Assembly (NCBI GenBank): GCA_964035545.1 | Contig: OZ037768.1 | Location: 1,416,184-1,480,183 of the forward strand | Source of the DNA: Bugula neritina | Taxonomy: Eukaryota; Animalia; Bryozoa | DNA: 64,000 nt | Direction: 5' to 3' | In this document: in pieces, positions 43,510 through 58,282 of the stretch | How positions within the stretch are numbered: position 1 is the stretch's first letter | Layout of the letters: the number at the start of each line of letters is the position of its first letter | Translations under genes and position numbers: made by a program | Notes under the pieces: generated by a model | Seen by the model: only the letters and a program-made list of their open reading frames with translations | What the model was told of the DNA's origin: nothing | Databases searched by the model: none

Positions 43510-45788
43510 ATGAGTTCTGACGCAAACTACAGTAAGGGAGAGCTCAGTGCTGACACAGACTACAGTAACGGAGAGCTCAGTGCTGACGCAGATGGTCTCA
43601 TTGCTAACACTGGTGAATCCGATGTCGATGGAGAAGTGTTGGTGATAAAACAGAGATGGTGCTGTCACTTTCCACCCTCTCCTTATCCCATGTATCTGGC
43701 AAATGTGTTCTGCCTTGCTGCCTATTACATAAACTCGCTGTTGCTGCAGGACCTGCTGTACAACAAGATTTGCTACCAGAAGTTCCAGGACCTGTCTCTG
43801 TGTACAGACCCTACTTTCAGCACCGAGCACCCGGAGTTGCAAGTTCGTATCATACGGAAACGAAATTATGTTGATAGTATAGAAATATGAATGAATATGA
43901 GTTTGAGATTTAAAACTGTTAGCTTTGATGGACCACAACCAACAAAAGTTGCATTCATGATTTATCTGTTTTGACTTAGGGGCGAGTAGTGTTAGCTCTT
44001 TGTTGTAGGAGGTAGTGGTATATATTAGCTCTTTGTTGTAGGAGGTAGTGGTGAAGTGGTACAATTATCACTCAGCACTGAGCATACCCCTCACCATGTT
44101 ACTCAACCTGATGCTCAGCTCCTACTGTGACAAGATTGGTCATAAGCTTCCGTACATGCTGCCGTGTCTAGGGACAGCACTCTCGGCTTTCTACCTGGCT
44201 GTCATAGCGTCCCCACAGTTCATCACATGGCCTCTTCCCACCATCTTTGTCTTCTCCATTGTGTCCAGTGCATTCGGATCTTTTCCTACTGTAAGTTGAT
44301 GACTTAGATTCTCATCGTATTGATAAATAAAGGCATATCATATCACAGGGAAGAGAGTATATAGCAATATACAAATTTCTTGCAGCATAAGAAATATTGA
44401 GCTTTTAGCTTTCCTTCCCTTGAAAATTTAAATCATAGCAAAGTATCAAAACTTGAAAATGTGGATACAATTAAATTTATAGAAATAGTCGGAAATCACT
44501 TTGTACATACTCATTAGAATTGTAAAGTCTACAAATCGGTACATATTATGACTTGTTATCTTTTCTGTGAATATTATGTGATCTCAGGCTAAATATTGTT
44601 GTTTGTGATATACAGTGACTTACTCACGGTGATTAACTCACAGTGTTTAACTCACAGTGACTTACTCACAATGCATAACTCAGAGTGGCTTACTCACAGT
44701 GCATGACTCACAGTGACTTAAACACAGTGCATGACTCACAGTGACTTAAACACAGTGCATGACTCACAGTGACTTAAACACAGTGCATGACTCACAGTGA
44801 CTTAAACACAGTGCATGACTCACAGTGACTTAAACACAGTGCATGACTCACAGTGACTCACAGATGTTATATTCATATTTAGATTCTGATGACAAGCTTC
44901 AGTTACTGTGGGTTGGTTGCCCGTGTAGACAACAGATCGTTAGTGATGGGACTGTGTGAAGCCTCCATATTGGTTGGCGTGTTTATTGGCAACCTCATCA
45001 CCGGACCAATCATAGACTCGATTGGTCTGCCATCCATGGCGTACATAAATGCTGGAATATCTCTACTTCCTTTACCAGTCGTACTCATACTTCTTACGGA
45101 CGTCACAACTGAAGCCAATTTGACAAACAACTGGCGCGATGTGGTCAAACTAACTCATATTTTAGACGCCTTTAAATGTGTCTTCAAAAAACGAGAAGGC
45201 AGCAAGCGTTTACGACTAAATTTGGTTTTTGTTAGCTATACTTGTATTTTCATGGCGTCTGCTGGCGCATCGGGTAACAATTTTCTGTACTTGGTGAAGT
45301 CTAAAGGTTTCTCACTCACTCTCTACTCAGTGTTCAACAGCTACTCTGCTGTCTTAAAAACCATTTCCTGTCCTCTTATAATCTACATCTGCAACCGGTT
45401 TATCAAGCCCCAGGAGCACACTGTAGGTTTAGTCGCTATATCCTTCGCTGCCATTGGTTACATCATCGTACCAATCGACATAATTCCATACAGTGTGTGG
45501 ATTGGGGTTTCTTTCTTTTCCTTAGACCTCTTAGCTTATGCAGTCATTCGCTCCATACAGCTCAGCTGCTGTGAAAAAAATGAGTTAGGTTTGATTTTTG
45601 CCTACGATGCAATCATTCAGTCTACATTTAGCCTTACTGGGTCTATAGGAATCAAAGCTTTGTATTCTGCTACTCTTACTACGTGGGACGGAATGTATCT
45701 TGCCTTATGTGCCTTGCTCACCATCATTTCGCTGTCGGCATTTGTTTGGCTGTCGTTATTAAAGCTTCGTGAGAAGTTTGCTAATTAA
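43510..45788 (+). CDS. SLC46/PCFT-like major facilitator superfamily transporter
   Basis: Exons 43510-43842, 44042-44290, 44883-45788 (all phase 0); many hydrophobic segments; QDLLYNKIC luminal Cys loop, SSYCDKIGHKLP (MFS motif A variant), DAFKCVFKKR, and IRS...KNELGLIFA as in SLC46 proteins. Confidence 0.8.
44612..44863. repeat. 26-bp minisatellite (CACAGTGACTTAAACACAGTGCATGACT-like) just upstream of the SLC46 exon-3 acceptor
   Basis: Units become more homogeneous towards the acceptor at 44882; each carries CAG. Confidence 0.88.
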
Positions 45789-48565
45789 TCCATTTAGCAT
45801 GACTCATGGGCTAATGAGTCACTGTTCCAGTGGTTTTTGTATCACAAAGTTCAACATTCCGCCACAGGTTTTTTGGGGAGACAATTCCTGGTGCTTTATT
45901 CACAGCTGTTCAGTCACTTAAAATAGTTTTATATAATCAATTGTTGTAATCAAAATAATGCTGAAGACAGTTTTTATTAGATTCAATTTTAAATAAACAT
46001 TTTGGCCTATTTTTTATAACTTGCCAAAATGAATGCCTCTGTTTTAATAGGAATTGCATTCTCTTGTACATTGAAAGTGTGAACGTTTATGGCTATGTAA
46101 AAGTTAAACTTGTGAAACATGGCAATTTGAATGCTGGGCCACAGGTTAATCTAGTCTCTCTGTTTTTATTGTTCTATTTCTCAAAAATCAATTATTTGTT
46201 TCAACATGAGTGAAAAATGACTTTTTTATTAAAATAATACCTTGTATGTTAGTATTCAGTTGCTGATTGATTTTACATTGTATTATATTCTTTCTCCACA
46301 ACTTCTGGAGTAGTCAAAAGTAGCATTTATACTTTTTGATTTTTCAATTTTTTGCCGAAGTATACGCCATTTGTTTGCTATTTGCTGTGTATATTTTACA
46401 AATGTTATATTTCATTAGTGGTATGTTGCTTGGTGAATTATGACGTCAAGTTGCAGTCAGGTTTTGTTTTATCCTATTTTGTCAGTAACTATACTTGAAA
46501 TGATTTTATATATTTTTATAAATTTTTTGATGACTTGTTGGCTTCTTGTTACATGTCTTTGAAATTTTGTTACAATTATGTTTATTTTGTTTATGTGATA
46601 TAATATTCAATATAACTATCAAAATAAACTATACTATAATATCTGAAAAACATAGTATATAATTATAATATAATAATATAACAATGATTTCAGGTTTAGA
46701 ACACAAAACTATTTAAAGTGTCATTTCCCCTTATATCCTCTAAATTTTGAAGTTTTCCAGTTGATACACTAATGGATTTAATAAGTCTTAACATTGATAA
46801 ATATAGAACAGAAGCCTGCAGGCGGGGGGGGGGGCTCTCATTAGTGTATGCCACAGTGAAACTTATTGACCCGACATAATATTATGTTGTAAATACTGCA
46901 GTCTGGTATGGAGTTATCCTACCTCTTTGGAAGTGTGTATAGCAATGACACTTGTTTTTAATAGTAGTTTGCATGCTCTTCGCGCAACATAATAATATTA
47001 TCAAGTGCTTCTAACCTTTAATTAAAGTTATCAGGTTGTAAACACAAATGTTTTAGTTTGACAGTTTTTTACCTTCTTAAAACTAAAGATTTACACTTTA
47101 TAAATGCTACAAACTAAAACGCATATGTTATAGTTTACTGTAGGGTGTTGTGTAATCAAAGTGAAGGCAACGTTTAGTTTTACTCACTTACTCGAAGTCG
47201 AATTGATCAAATTCAATATGAATATCATCACACTGGTCCTGGACCGCCCTGCCCCTAGAGCGAGGAAGGGGTGCAGTTTACAATTACTCTACTACTGCTT
47301 CTAAAGGAGTTACTAATACTATTATTTGTAGTAATACTATTAGTATTACTATTACTATTAGTATTACTATTGCCACTGGTATTCCTTTTTTTTTACTATT
47401 ACTTATTCAGTTATTGCCTTATTGGTATCACTATAAGTATTACTATTACTATTACTCTATTAGTAATAGAGTATTACTATTAGACTCTCAGTTACTGAGT
47501 TAGTGATGGCGATTGACATAAACACTTCATTTTTTTATTTTGATTTTGTGTGTTATTGTTACTGTTATTTATAACAAAACAAACTTTAATTTCATTCTCT
47601 GCATAGTGCATATACTCACAATTATATTTATAGTGATACTGATCGTGACAATCACAATCTGAATCTCAAGCAATCTGGATTAAGCTTGCTCAGTACCCTT
47701 GGTGATGGTCTTGCCCTCTCTCACTGAAACTCTAAGTGCAAACCATAGCCATAGTCAAAGGCTTGGTCAATATGAATTATATCAATATGAGAGCGATATT
47801 TATTAGTTAAATTTTCTTTAGGGTTTGTTACTATAAAATAAATATAATTTTATTACTATTAAAATATTAATATTCTTGAATTAATCTCATTTTGATTTTC
47901 TTTTCGGTTTGAGTTTTCTTACTAATGACTCATATTTCAACTTTGCAATGCATAATCATAGTGTTATATAATTGCAGTTTTGCTTAATTTTTACAGTAGA
48001 TATCTGTCTCTTGGCTTGGAGTAGGGTACACCATACTAATTTAAAAAATATGGAAATGCCTGCTTTATGCCTTTTTTGAAACCCCTAGACCTGCACATAC
48101 CAATTTCAGGGAACTAAAAATCATCAACATTAAATGAAAGAAAATAAAACTTATAGTGCTGGCTATTTGGTGCGGCATTGTTTATTAGGTGCAGTGATAT
48201 AAATATTTGCTTAGCTCAGTTTCTAATCTTTAGTATGATATTAGGGTTTGAATTGTGATTTATTTAATTATTATATGACAAGCAAAGCTGCTTATCTGCA
48301 TCATCAATAAAATTCACAAATTGGATGCATCTAAATGTGTAAATTGTATCTAAATTTAAACTTAACGAGCCCCTGCCTGTCTACAATTTATTCAAATATC
48401 TTTTTATATGCTTTTTAGCACCTTGCAAAAATTTTAAGCATTTATAACCAATGATAACATACTCGTATTTTATTTATTTATGTTAAGTTACATTTTATAT
48501 TCTTTTAAAAGTTACCTAATTGTATATTTATTTTTATCAAAAGGTGTATTTATGCTTTGAATCAT

Positions 48566-51500
48566 ATGGAGATGGAAAATACAGTACTACCTGCTCTAAA
48601 TGATTCGGATAGTGATGATGAACCACTAGCTAAGGTACAGGTTTTATTTTCAAATTATACGTCTCATTCTGAACTTTTGTCAGTTGTTGGCACCAAATAA
48701 GAAATATTAATATTTTACTGATATATTTAATATGACCAAGTTTATATTTCTCATAGTTCTGTGAATATTTGTTTGCAGATTGTCAAAAGGAATACATTAT
48801 CAAGTGGAGATTCAGGTGACACAACTCCTAAAGCACAACCCAAGTCAGTATTTTAGTCTCACACTTATATTGCACGTCTGCAGCTTCTCTATTGATGTTC
48901 ATATTATATGGCTTTTTTCATTTGGTATAGCAGATAGTGTTAGGAAGATTGTTTTAAAATAACAAACAATGGTAGAGCCCGTATTGGTCAATACTTCCCA
49001 TACAAGTATTTATTAATGTCTATATAGAAAGTTGAATATTTATTACTTGGTGGAGTTACAATAACATTATAGTTTGTGTCTAACTCTGTATACATGAAGT
49101 CATTCTTATATCTTTGATGATTTTATTGTGCTGCAATATATGCTCATAGGTTAAAAATTCTGCTTGAATAATCAATTTAAATACATTTTTTGCTAGTTTT
49201 ATTCAATAGCCTACTTATATTTTCGCGAATACTTTTATAGTTCTAAGAGTAAATATTTTTTTCTAAACAATGTTCCAGTACAGTTTTTTATCATAAACAT
49301 GCCTGCTGAGCTGTTGCTGGTTGTTTTATTTGTACTAAGAAGATAATGGTATGACTGCAGGCCACTCACAGCCTTTGCACACTTCTTCAACGACACTCAA
49401 CAGTCTATTCGCAAGAAGAACAGTGCAGCAACTTTCGAGGAAGTTTCACGAATCGTCATGACGATGTGGGAAAGCCTGGATGCCAATAGCAAACTGGTAG
49501 TTACAGTTTTTAAACCCAAATAGTCAGACTAGATTTTTGTTTGTTGGCAAAATAATTCAGTGTTGATAGATCACCCTGTTTGCAGATATATCATAAAAGG
49601 GAAGAAGAGGACAAGATGAAGTTGGAGGAGGCATTAGGCGGTGATATGCCGTCACTTTTACAGCAAGCTGATACTTCGAAGCTGTCAGCTGCATCATCTC
49701 TACAGGTTGAATAGAAAACAAATATTTTTATTTATTTTTCTCTCTTGACTTCCTTAACTGATTGGCTTTAAAACTGCACATTTTATTTAAATAACATCTG
49801 AGCAACATGTGACCAGCCAGTCACTCAATGCTCATTTTACTGAGATATCAACTTTTAAATACAGCAGCAGCGTGCTTGTAAATTGTTTAGAAATGGAGAT
49901 AGATTTATGGTAAGTGATGTGTTACTTTTGGTAGAATTGATTGCATACTTCTACTTGCAGACCATGGAGTCTACCTCATCAGCAGCTATAACCACAGCTG
50001 GGAATTCCACCACTGAGAGTTCCACATCTGGGAATTTCACCACTGAGAGTTCCACAGCTGGGAATTCCTCCACAGGGAGTTCCACAGCTGAGAATTCCTC
50101 CACTAGGAGTTCCACCGCTGGGAATTCTACTGATAATGCTGAGTCAGAAGTTCCCTCTACAGTCACTAATAAATCAACTATTACTCTATTTTCTGCTCAG
50201 AACAAACACCAGAAGGTATGATTTTGTGCTCTTGTTGGCAATTCCCTTCCATGAAGTAATATTCTGGACTTTTTATAAAGTGTTCCATTAAAATGCTATA
50301 CATCTCTATACAAAGCTCGTTAAATAACATGTTGGAACAAGGTAAACGTTTTAGAAAAATATATTACAGCAGCTTTGAAAGTTTAAAGGATAGTGTTGTA
50401 ACATGTCAGATTATTTGCAAACTCAGGAAAATAAAGGACTTTCATAATTTATTTAGAGTTGTTTTCCATTTTAGATGTGTAAAGTATAACAATAAAATTT
50501 TTCAAAATATTACAAATACTGCATTTAATGTTACAGAATCTTTGTGGTAGAGGTGCATAGCCTAATTACTCATATATTTATCAAACAGCTATATTGATTT
50601 TGATTTTGCAAAATCTAAAATAACTACGAATTCTTTGAAAGTTTTTTTTATCCGATTTGATCATTTGTACAATTCTAGCATCCAAACATTTTATTTGTAT
50701 TAGATAATACTTTTGCTAGTAGTTACAATTTACCTTTCTTTATTCTCAAGTAAAGAAGGCAACTCCTATTAAAATAAAGAAGGCAATTCCTATTAAAATT
50801 TATAGCTTTAACAAGTTTATCAAAACTTGTCTAATTTGATAGTTATTTGATCATCACTTTCTGCACATTATTGATTATTGTTTTTAAAGATGCTTTTTAA
50901 TGAAACTGCGTGTTTATGTCATACTATTGAATACAATAACAGCTAATGCAGAGCTCAAATTCACTTTCTTGCAATAGGTCGTCTGCGTCACAGAGTCTGG
51001 TAAAGTGGTGATAACTCTCAAAGATACCACAAAGACTGAACCTCCTCAAGTAGAGAGTGAAAGTCAGGTAACAGAAGTTTCTTGTACAAAATAATTACTT
51101 GGCTCTTGTGTTTGGATGTTGAAAAAAGGGCATGACGCCTTCATTTAGTTTTATGACTATGGATAAGAAGATTAAATGCAAATAATCATGTTGTCGTAAT
51201 AAAACAATTGACGCTATTATCTTCTGTAGTGAAAAATTTGAATAAACATAATATTGTTCTTTGAGAGTATACTTATAATATATTGGGAGTATTTGATTTC
51301 CACAACATCCACAATCTCTGTGCTATTGATGTAGCAAGTATATGATTACAAGTAGTGAAATGTTGACAAATATCTTACAGGAAGAAAAACTGGCCACTTC
51401 TAGCCAAGATGTAAACCAAGCTCCTTCTATTGCTGCTGAGTCAGCAGAGACCACTACCTCAGAGGAGAAACCTGGTGCCACACCCAACTCAACACCACAC

Positions 51501-52204
51501 AGTTCAAAGTCACCAACATCTGAGGTAAAACTTCAACTTTATGACATTTCATTAATAATCATGAAATTCTATTCTGTGAACATAATTACTGTAAAATGTT
51601 GAAACAATAAGGTTAGGTCTTTTCACGTGAAGTTTACTTTACCGAGTTTGTCTACACGTGACTTGTTACTAGCGTTTAGTTGCCATCTACTGCATGCCAA
51701 TATTGTTGAGTGCCTCCTCAAACAATGAATGAGTTAACAGAAACTGTAGTTCATATATTTAATCATACAATTTATGTCATTTTAAATCTTTCACCATTAT
51801 TGTGTTCGACAGAATGTTAAAGATACCAGAACCTCATCTCCTACTCTTAAGCCTTGTAAAAACTCTGCTTGCCACAAAACAGCCGTTAAACATAAGAAAG
51901 GCGACGATGATTTCTGTTCTTCTAAATGTGTGGTAGAATACTGCAGGTTGGTGACAGCAGTTGCTAAAGTTGTGGCTATTAGACTAGTGAAAGACAACTC
52001 TAATTTGACAACTTATTTGCATTTATTGATTTTAATTAAATAGTTGAAAATTTACAATGTTAACTGGGAGTTCATAATGGTTACTACACTGTCACCACTA
52101 CTGTGTTGATATTGGTGAAGGTTGTCCGTGTAACATTTCTAACTTGGCACTTTATTTGTTACAGAGGGCTGTTTCAGAACTGGGTAGCCACACGGAAACG
52201 TTGA
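48566..52204 (+). CDS. TOX4: TOX-family HMG-box protein, TOX4-like
   Basis: Exons 48566-48634, 48779-48843, 49341-49496, 49586-49705, 49961-50215, 50978-51067, 51381-51524, 51813-51946, 52165-52204. HMG box KPLTAFAHFFNDTQQSIRKKNSAATFEEVSRIVMTMWESL; C-terminal CKNSACH...DDDFCSSKCVVEYCRGLFQNWV matches the TOX4 Cys-rich end. Confidence 0.8.
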
Positions 52205-52486
52205 ATCTCTTGAATTTACAGATCTGGACTTCATTATAAATGCACCAGAACACATTGATTGCGCAATACTCTATATTTTATGTACAGTTTTTTCACATCA
52301 TGTTACTTTATATTATAATAAAAGATACTCGGTGGTAAACAATAGACTTTCTCTCATACAGTTGAAGACATTCCTTCCTAGCCTAAACCACACAATTTCT
52401 CTTACTTGCACAGTTGCTGGCACGTGCCACATTATATTACAAATTAGTATCACTGTTGATTCACTCCCCAGTGTCCCAACATCTAC

Positions 52487-53279
52487 TCAGACTGCTGTTG
52501 ATGTCTCTGTGTGCTCTTCACTTTCCTTTTCTAGCTTTTGAAGATTTCTTCTTGCTTGAAGAACACTCATTGGGTGAACTGGATAAAAGCCCGCGAGGCC
52601 TGCAATAGTTAAACAACCATATAGTCCTTATGAATGAAGTTCTAACCCATTGCCATAAAGTATTACACGTATTTGATGATTAGTCTGCATCAAAAGTGAG
52701 GAATAATTTCAGTTGGACTGATTTTAAATGCTGTACATCAGGAATAGGGTTTGGATTTGACAGAAAACCCGACTGCTACCGATTGGTATTATTGCTAGGG
52801 TTCTTTCTTCCCAGAGAGCACAAGTACCTCACTGATAACTGTTCTGAAATACAGCCGACCGTTGTGCTCAATATCACCCTTGTGAAAAAAATAGTAATAG
52901 TATTTAGCGAAGGCACTCTTTGAATACTATTATGTAATAGGTAAGAGTAACTAAAGAATGTAGTTTACGGTATGGATGGTGGCATGGCTATTTGCAGCTG
53001 TAAGGAAAACTGTAACTCACCCAACAGCATCTCTACTGGCTTCGATGCCCTTGCTCCTTTATTCAGCCATATATGGAGTTTTTCAAAATTAATAGAGACT
53101 AGCTGTTCATTGTATTCGTTGGGCAAAGGATCATAAGTGCCTAGTCTATCTAAAGGTTTAGTGTCTCTGGCACGATAGGTTTTCGCAACAACTATATGGT
53201 AGAATGGACGGTTGGAACACCCAAATCTAGCTAATCTGATCTTTAATGCCTGATTGGCAAATTTTGCAGCCCGTCCCAT
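52487..53279 (-). CDS. MRPS16: Mitochondrial ribosomal protein S16 (bS16m)
   Basis: Exons 53279-53021 and 52599-52487: IRLARFGCSNRPFYHIVV...LGTYDPLPNEYNEQLVSINFE...SKPVEMLLG|LAGFYPVHPMS. Confidence 0.95.
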
Positions 53280-55422
53280 TGCCGAATATCTACAACAGTA
53301 GACATAATATGTTATGATACTTTCACCCTCATAATAACTATAAGATTTTTCAAACATAACCTAGAAGAGAACAAAGCTAGGTCAAGCAACATCTAGTCAA
53401 ATCAGACAGCTAGTCACAGACACATAAAAAACTTTATCAATTGCTGGTGATGCTCATATGAATATTAATTTTATATTAATTGGTAACTCAATGATATAAA
53501 CCCTTAGTGACTAGTTGATTGTTCCCCTTTATGGCTATCATTGTGGTTTGCATAAAATAAAGCATATAACATAATAATACTGATCTTAGTTAACTCTAGG
53601 ACTCATTGACTATTTAATTTATATATTCTAATTCAAAACTAGAAGTATCAAGAAAATATAAAATTAGATGTGTTTTATTAAATTTTGTTGCACCGTCATC
53701 ATGATCATGACTTTTACTTTTAGGGGTGACTATGATTATCACCATGTTTACTCTGCCTTTAGCCTCTAAGTATTACAATAAAATTACAACTGCAGATTCA
53801 TGTTTACTGTTTGCATATTTATATCAACTTTAACTCAAAGACAAAGAGTGAAAGACTAATGACTATTCAGTAATAACTGATAAGTGATAACATTAACTAG
53901 AATTTAGAGTAACTCAGTATCAGTTTTAAAAAATAAAATTGGTTTCAACACAATTTCAATTTGAATTTCAAAGAATAAAATGAATTAAAAATAAAACGCT
54001 ACGCCTAAAGTATTACATTTACTGCATTAAATTTAGAAATATTTACTAGATTTAGTATCAGTACGACTATGAGTATTGGGGTATCACATTTAATAATAGT
54101 AATGCTGTATTACTATTAGTATTATAATTAGGCAATTAATATTACTATTAGTATTACTAATAACAATCCTATTAGTATTACATTTACAATTACTGAGTTA
54201 GTATTACTATTACTAATAGTAATACTAACTCAGTAATTGTAAATGTAATACTAATAGTAATACTAATAGTATTAGTACTAGCACTACGTTTAGTTTTCCT
54301 ATTACTAGTAGTATCACTATTAGTATTAGTATTACTGTAAGTGTATGAGTGTATCAGTATTACTATTAGTATTATTGTAAGTGTACTACTATTAGCATTA
54401 GTATAAGTATTACTATTAGTATTAGACATTATGTAGTATTACTATTATTATTATGATTAGTAATACTAATAGTATTATGAATTATCATTTATTTATTAGC
54501 CTAGTTTAAAATCAAAATGAAACATTAAATGATTAATAATTATAATTATAATATTTTCCTGTGGCTGTAAGCGTAAGTGTAGCAGTAGAGTGGACGTGGT
54601 GGAGCAGGTGATACTTTGTTGATTATTACCAAGCTCAATAAGAAAACTAAATGTAATCACTAAATTATAAAACTTTAATTCCACTAACATAATATTAGTA
54701 AGCATTATGATCAATACTATCAATTATCATTATGATTATCCTTCAATTTCATTCATTCTCATTCTGACCTTAAAGACTTGTGCTTCGACAATTTACAGAT
54801 GTCTATAGGCAACAGTAAACCTACAGGCGTGACCAATAACGTGGACGTTTTTATTTTTTGTGCAATCCATAAGGCAATTGGCCAACATTAAAATTATTCA
54901 GGATGTGATATAACCCTATTTCTTATGACAAATCAGGGTTCATTGAGACACCGTATAGAACCCCGTAAGGAAATTATCAATCACGTGACCCTTTATCTCC
55001 AACTAGTTCTCAAAAACTTGCCCGTGCATGAGATAGTAAGAAAATGTAAACTAATTATGATCTGTATCGGAACTCACTATTTACAGAAGTTCTTAGTATT
55101 TATATAGCTGCAACTGTTATGTAAAAATAAACCTAAAAGGTGTAACTAAAATAGATATCTTTTACTCTTAAGTCTTAGCCGTCTTAGGCTTGTGACTTAT
55201 GAGTTATGACTATAAGTATAACCTATGACTTATGGCTTAATCTTTAAGTTTATCTTATACTTATACTTATAGTTATAACTATTACTTATAGTCTATAAGT
55301 ATAACTGCATAAGATTAGGTATAAGTATTACTATTATTACTATTAGTATTAGTATATCAAATTCAATATGAATATGAGTACTAGATTAAGTTATACCAAT
55401 ACTTAACTTATAGTTATACTTA

Positions 55423-56243
55423 TACTGTCAAATTAATTTGATCATTGATCATAATGATTATGACAATCATATTCATAATGGTTAATGAATAATAATAATT
55501 AAAAATGAAATTGAATCAGAAGAACGAATAAGAATTAAAATGATAGAAAAGGAATGTGATTTTCATAGCCACAGTTATAGTCATACTAACACTCATAGTC
55601 ATACAGATAGTCATAGTGATAGTGATATTTATATTGTGATATTAAGTTTGTTAAACTTAATTTTATTGACTATTCTGATTATTACTATTCATGTTCATAT
55701 TGATATTCATTATTCATATTCAAGCATATTGAGTTATAGCCTAGTTAATCACTTAATGTTATAATTAATATTATTATTAATTATTATTATCATTATACTA
55801 TTACTATAAGTATAAGTTAAAGTATAACATAAAATTATAGAATCATATTGATATTATTATATTATATAATATCATTATGAGAATATTAATATGAAAAATC
55901 AATAATAGTAAATGTCAATAATCATTATGATTATCAATATGCTTGAATATGAATAATGAATATCAATATGAACATGAATAGTAATAATCAGAATAGTCAA
56001 TAAAATTAAGTTTAACAAACTTAATATCACAATATAAATATCACTATCACTATGACTATCTGTATGACTATGAGTGTTAGTATGACTATAACTGTGGCTA
56101 TGAAAATCACATTCCTTTTCTATCATTTTAATTCTTATTCGTTCTTCTGATTCAATTTCATTTTTAATTATTATTATTCATTAACCATTATGAATATGAT
56201 TGTCATAATCATTATGATCAATGATCAAATTAATTTGACAGTA
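55423..56243. repeat. Perfect 310-bp inverted repeat (55423-55732 / 55934-56243) with a 201-bp spacer
   Basis: Arms are reverse complements with no mismatch noticed; the mirrored ORFs 55540(+) and 56126(-) share the same first 65 aa. Confidence 0.92.
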
Positions 56244-57101
56244 AATATAATACACTGCAACTCGTCAAGACACACAAGCCATGAAGAGTTGAAAGTTACT
56301 AGCAAGTTTTATTAAGTGGAGTCTTATTTTAATTCATCAATTTAGATCTGCCATTAAGTAACTCCTTGATTCATTATTACTAAAGATGTTACTTTTTATG
56401 CTAGATTCTAGAACTTTCTGTACAACAGGTTAATTTCATGAGTCTCTTATTTCAAGACATTTTGTAAAGCATGGTCTACCCTTTTATCAATCAGTGGAAT
56501 GTTATAAAATGTACAGAATGTAAACTTCCTCCTTTCCTTCACACTGTTTCTGTTGAGCTCATCAATTAAAAATTGTGTTATAGTGTAGCAGTCTCTAAGA
56601 GTACTTTTTCTCATCATAGGCTCCAGTAGTAGTTGGAATATTTCAATTTATATGAATCAGTCATCTGCCAAAGTGAATGTTTATGACTAAGTGGGTGTAG
56701 CATTCACTATTACATGATAGCACGCCTATACCTCTTGACAATATTCATGTAGTAAAATTTAAGAGAAGTGTTTTATCTAACATCCAATTTTAGGTAATAA
56801 TACAACACAGTAATGCAGCTTTGTTTTGTAGTTCCCATGTATCAAGTTTATTACTCACCCAAATACAGAGACAAAAAACATAAAATGCTAAATTAATTTG
56901 AAATTCTTATAAACTATAAGGATATGTTTTTCCTTATAAATAAAATAGAAATTATTTTTCACTTCACCTTCTTACTTTTAGTATCTGCTTACTTTTAGTT
57001 GTCACGGTATTTAGTATTACCTCACTATTGTATTCAAAGCGTAAAAATATCATGTCATGGTTTTTAGATCACTAACAGAATAAGTGGCGTAGTTATGATA
57101 A

Positions 57102-57755
<654 letters not shown>

Positions 57756-58282
57756 GTGAGTGGTAATGTAGGTAGTCTGAAGGTATGTATACTACCACTC
57801 CTCTGTGTTTATACACAGGAAGTAAAGTTGCAGTTACATAACTTCCTCTGAGGCAAGTAGAAGGGAAATAGCCACTGGAAATGTTGGCCCAGGAGTTTGT
57901 CACAGGCTTTTATTGTTCAACAAAAGATGTTTATGTGTATATAATGACTATAGGATAGTAGGAGTGTTTGTGTAATACTTTACTTATGTATGATAGCACT
58001 TGGTAATATTAATTCAGTGCAGTTTACCAGGTATACAGTACATAGCTATGCTTCCATCTACTGCATAACCTTCCCTAGAAGGCCTATATGGCAATGTTCA
58101 GCAGGGACTAAAGTTTTGAGTATATTGTTCCAGGTGTGGAGTATGAAGATGTATTGAGAATTAGTATGTTGCACATTGCATATTCTGTAAAGTTAGACTT
58201 GAGAATTTAGGAATCATTGGGATCAGGCTTGTTTCCATGTGTACCTTTCAAATCACATTCCTGAATGGAGGGATGGCCTGTT

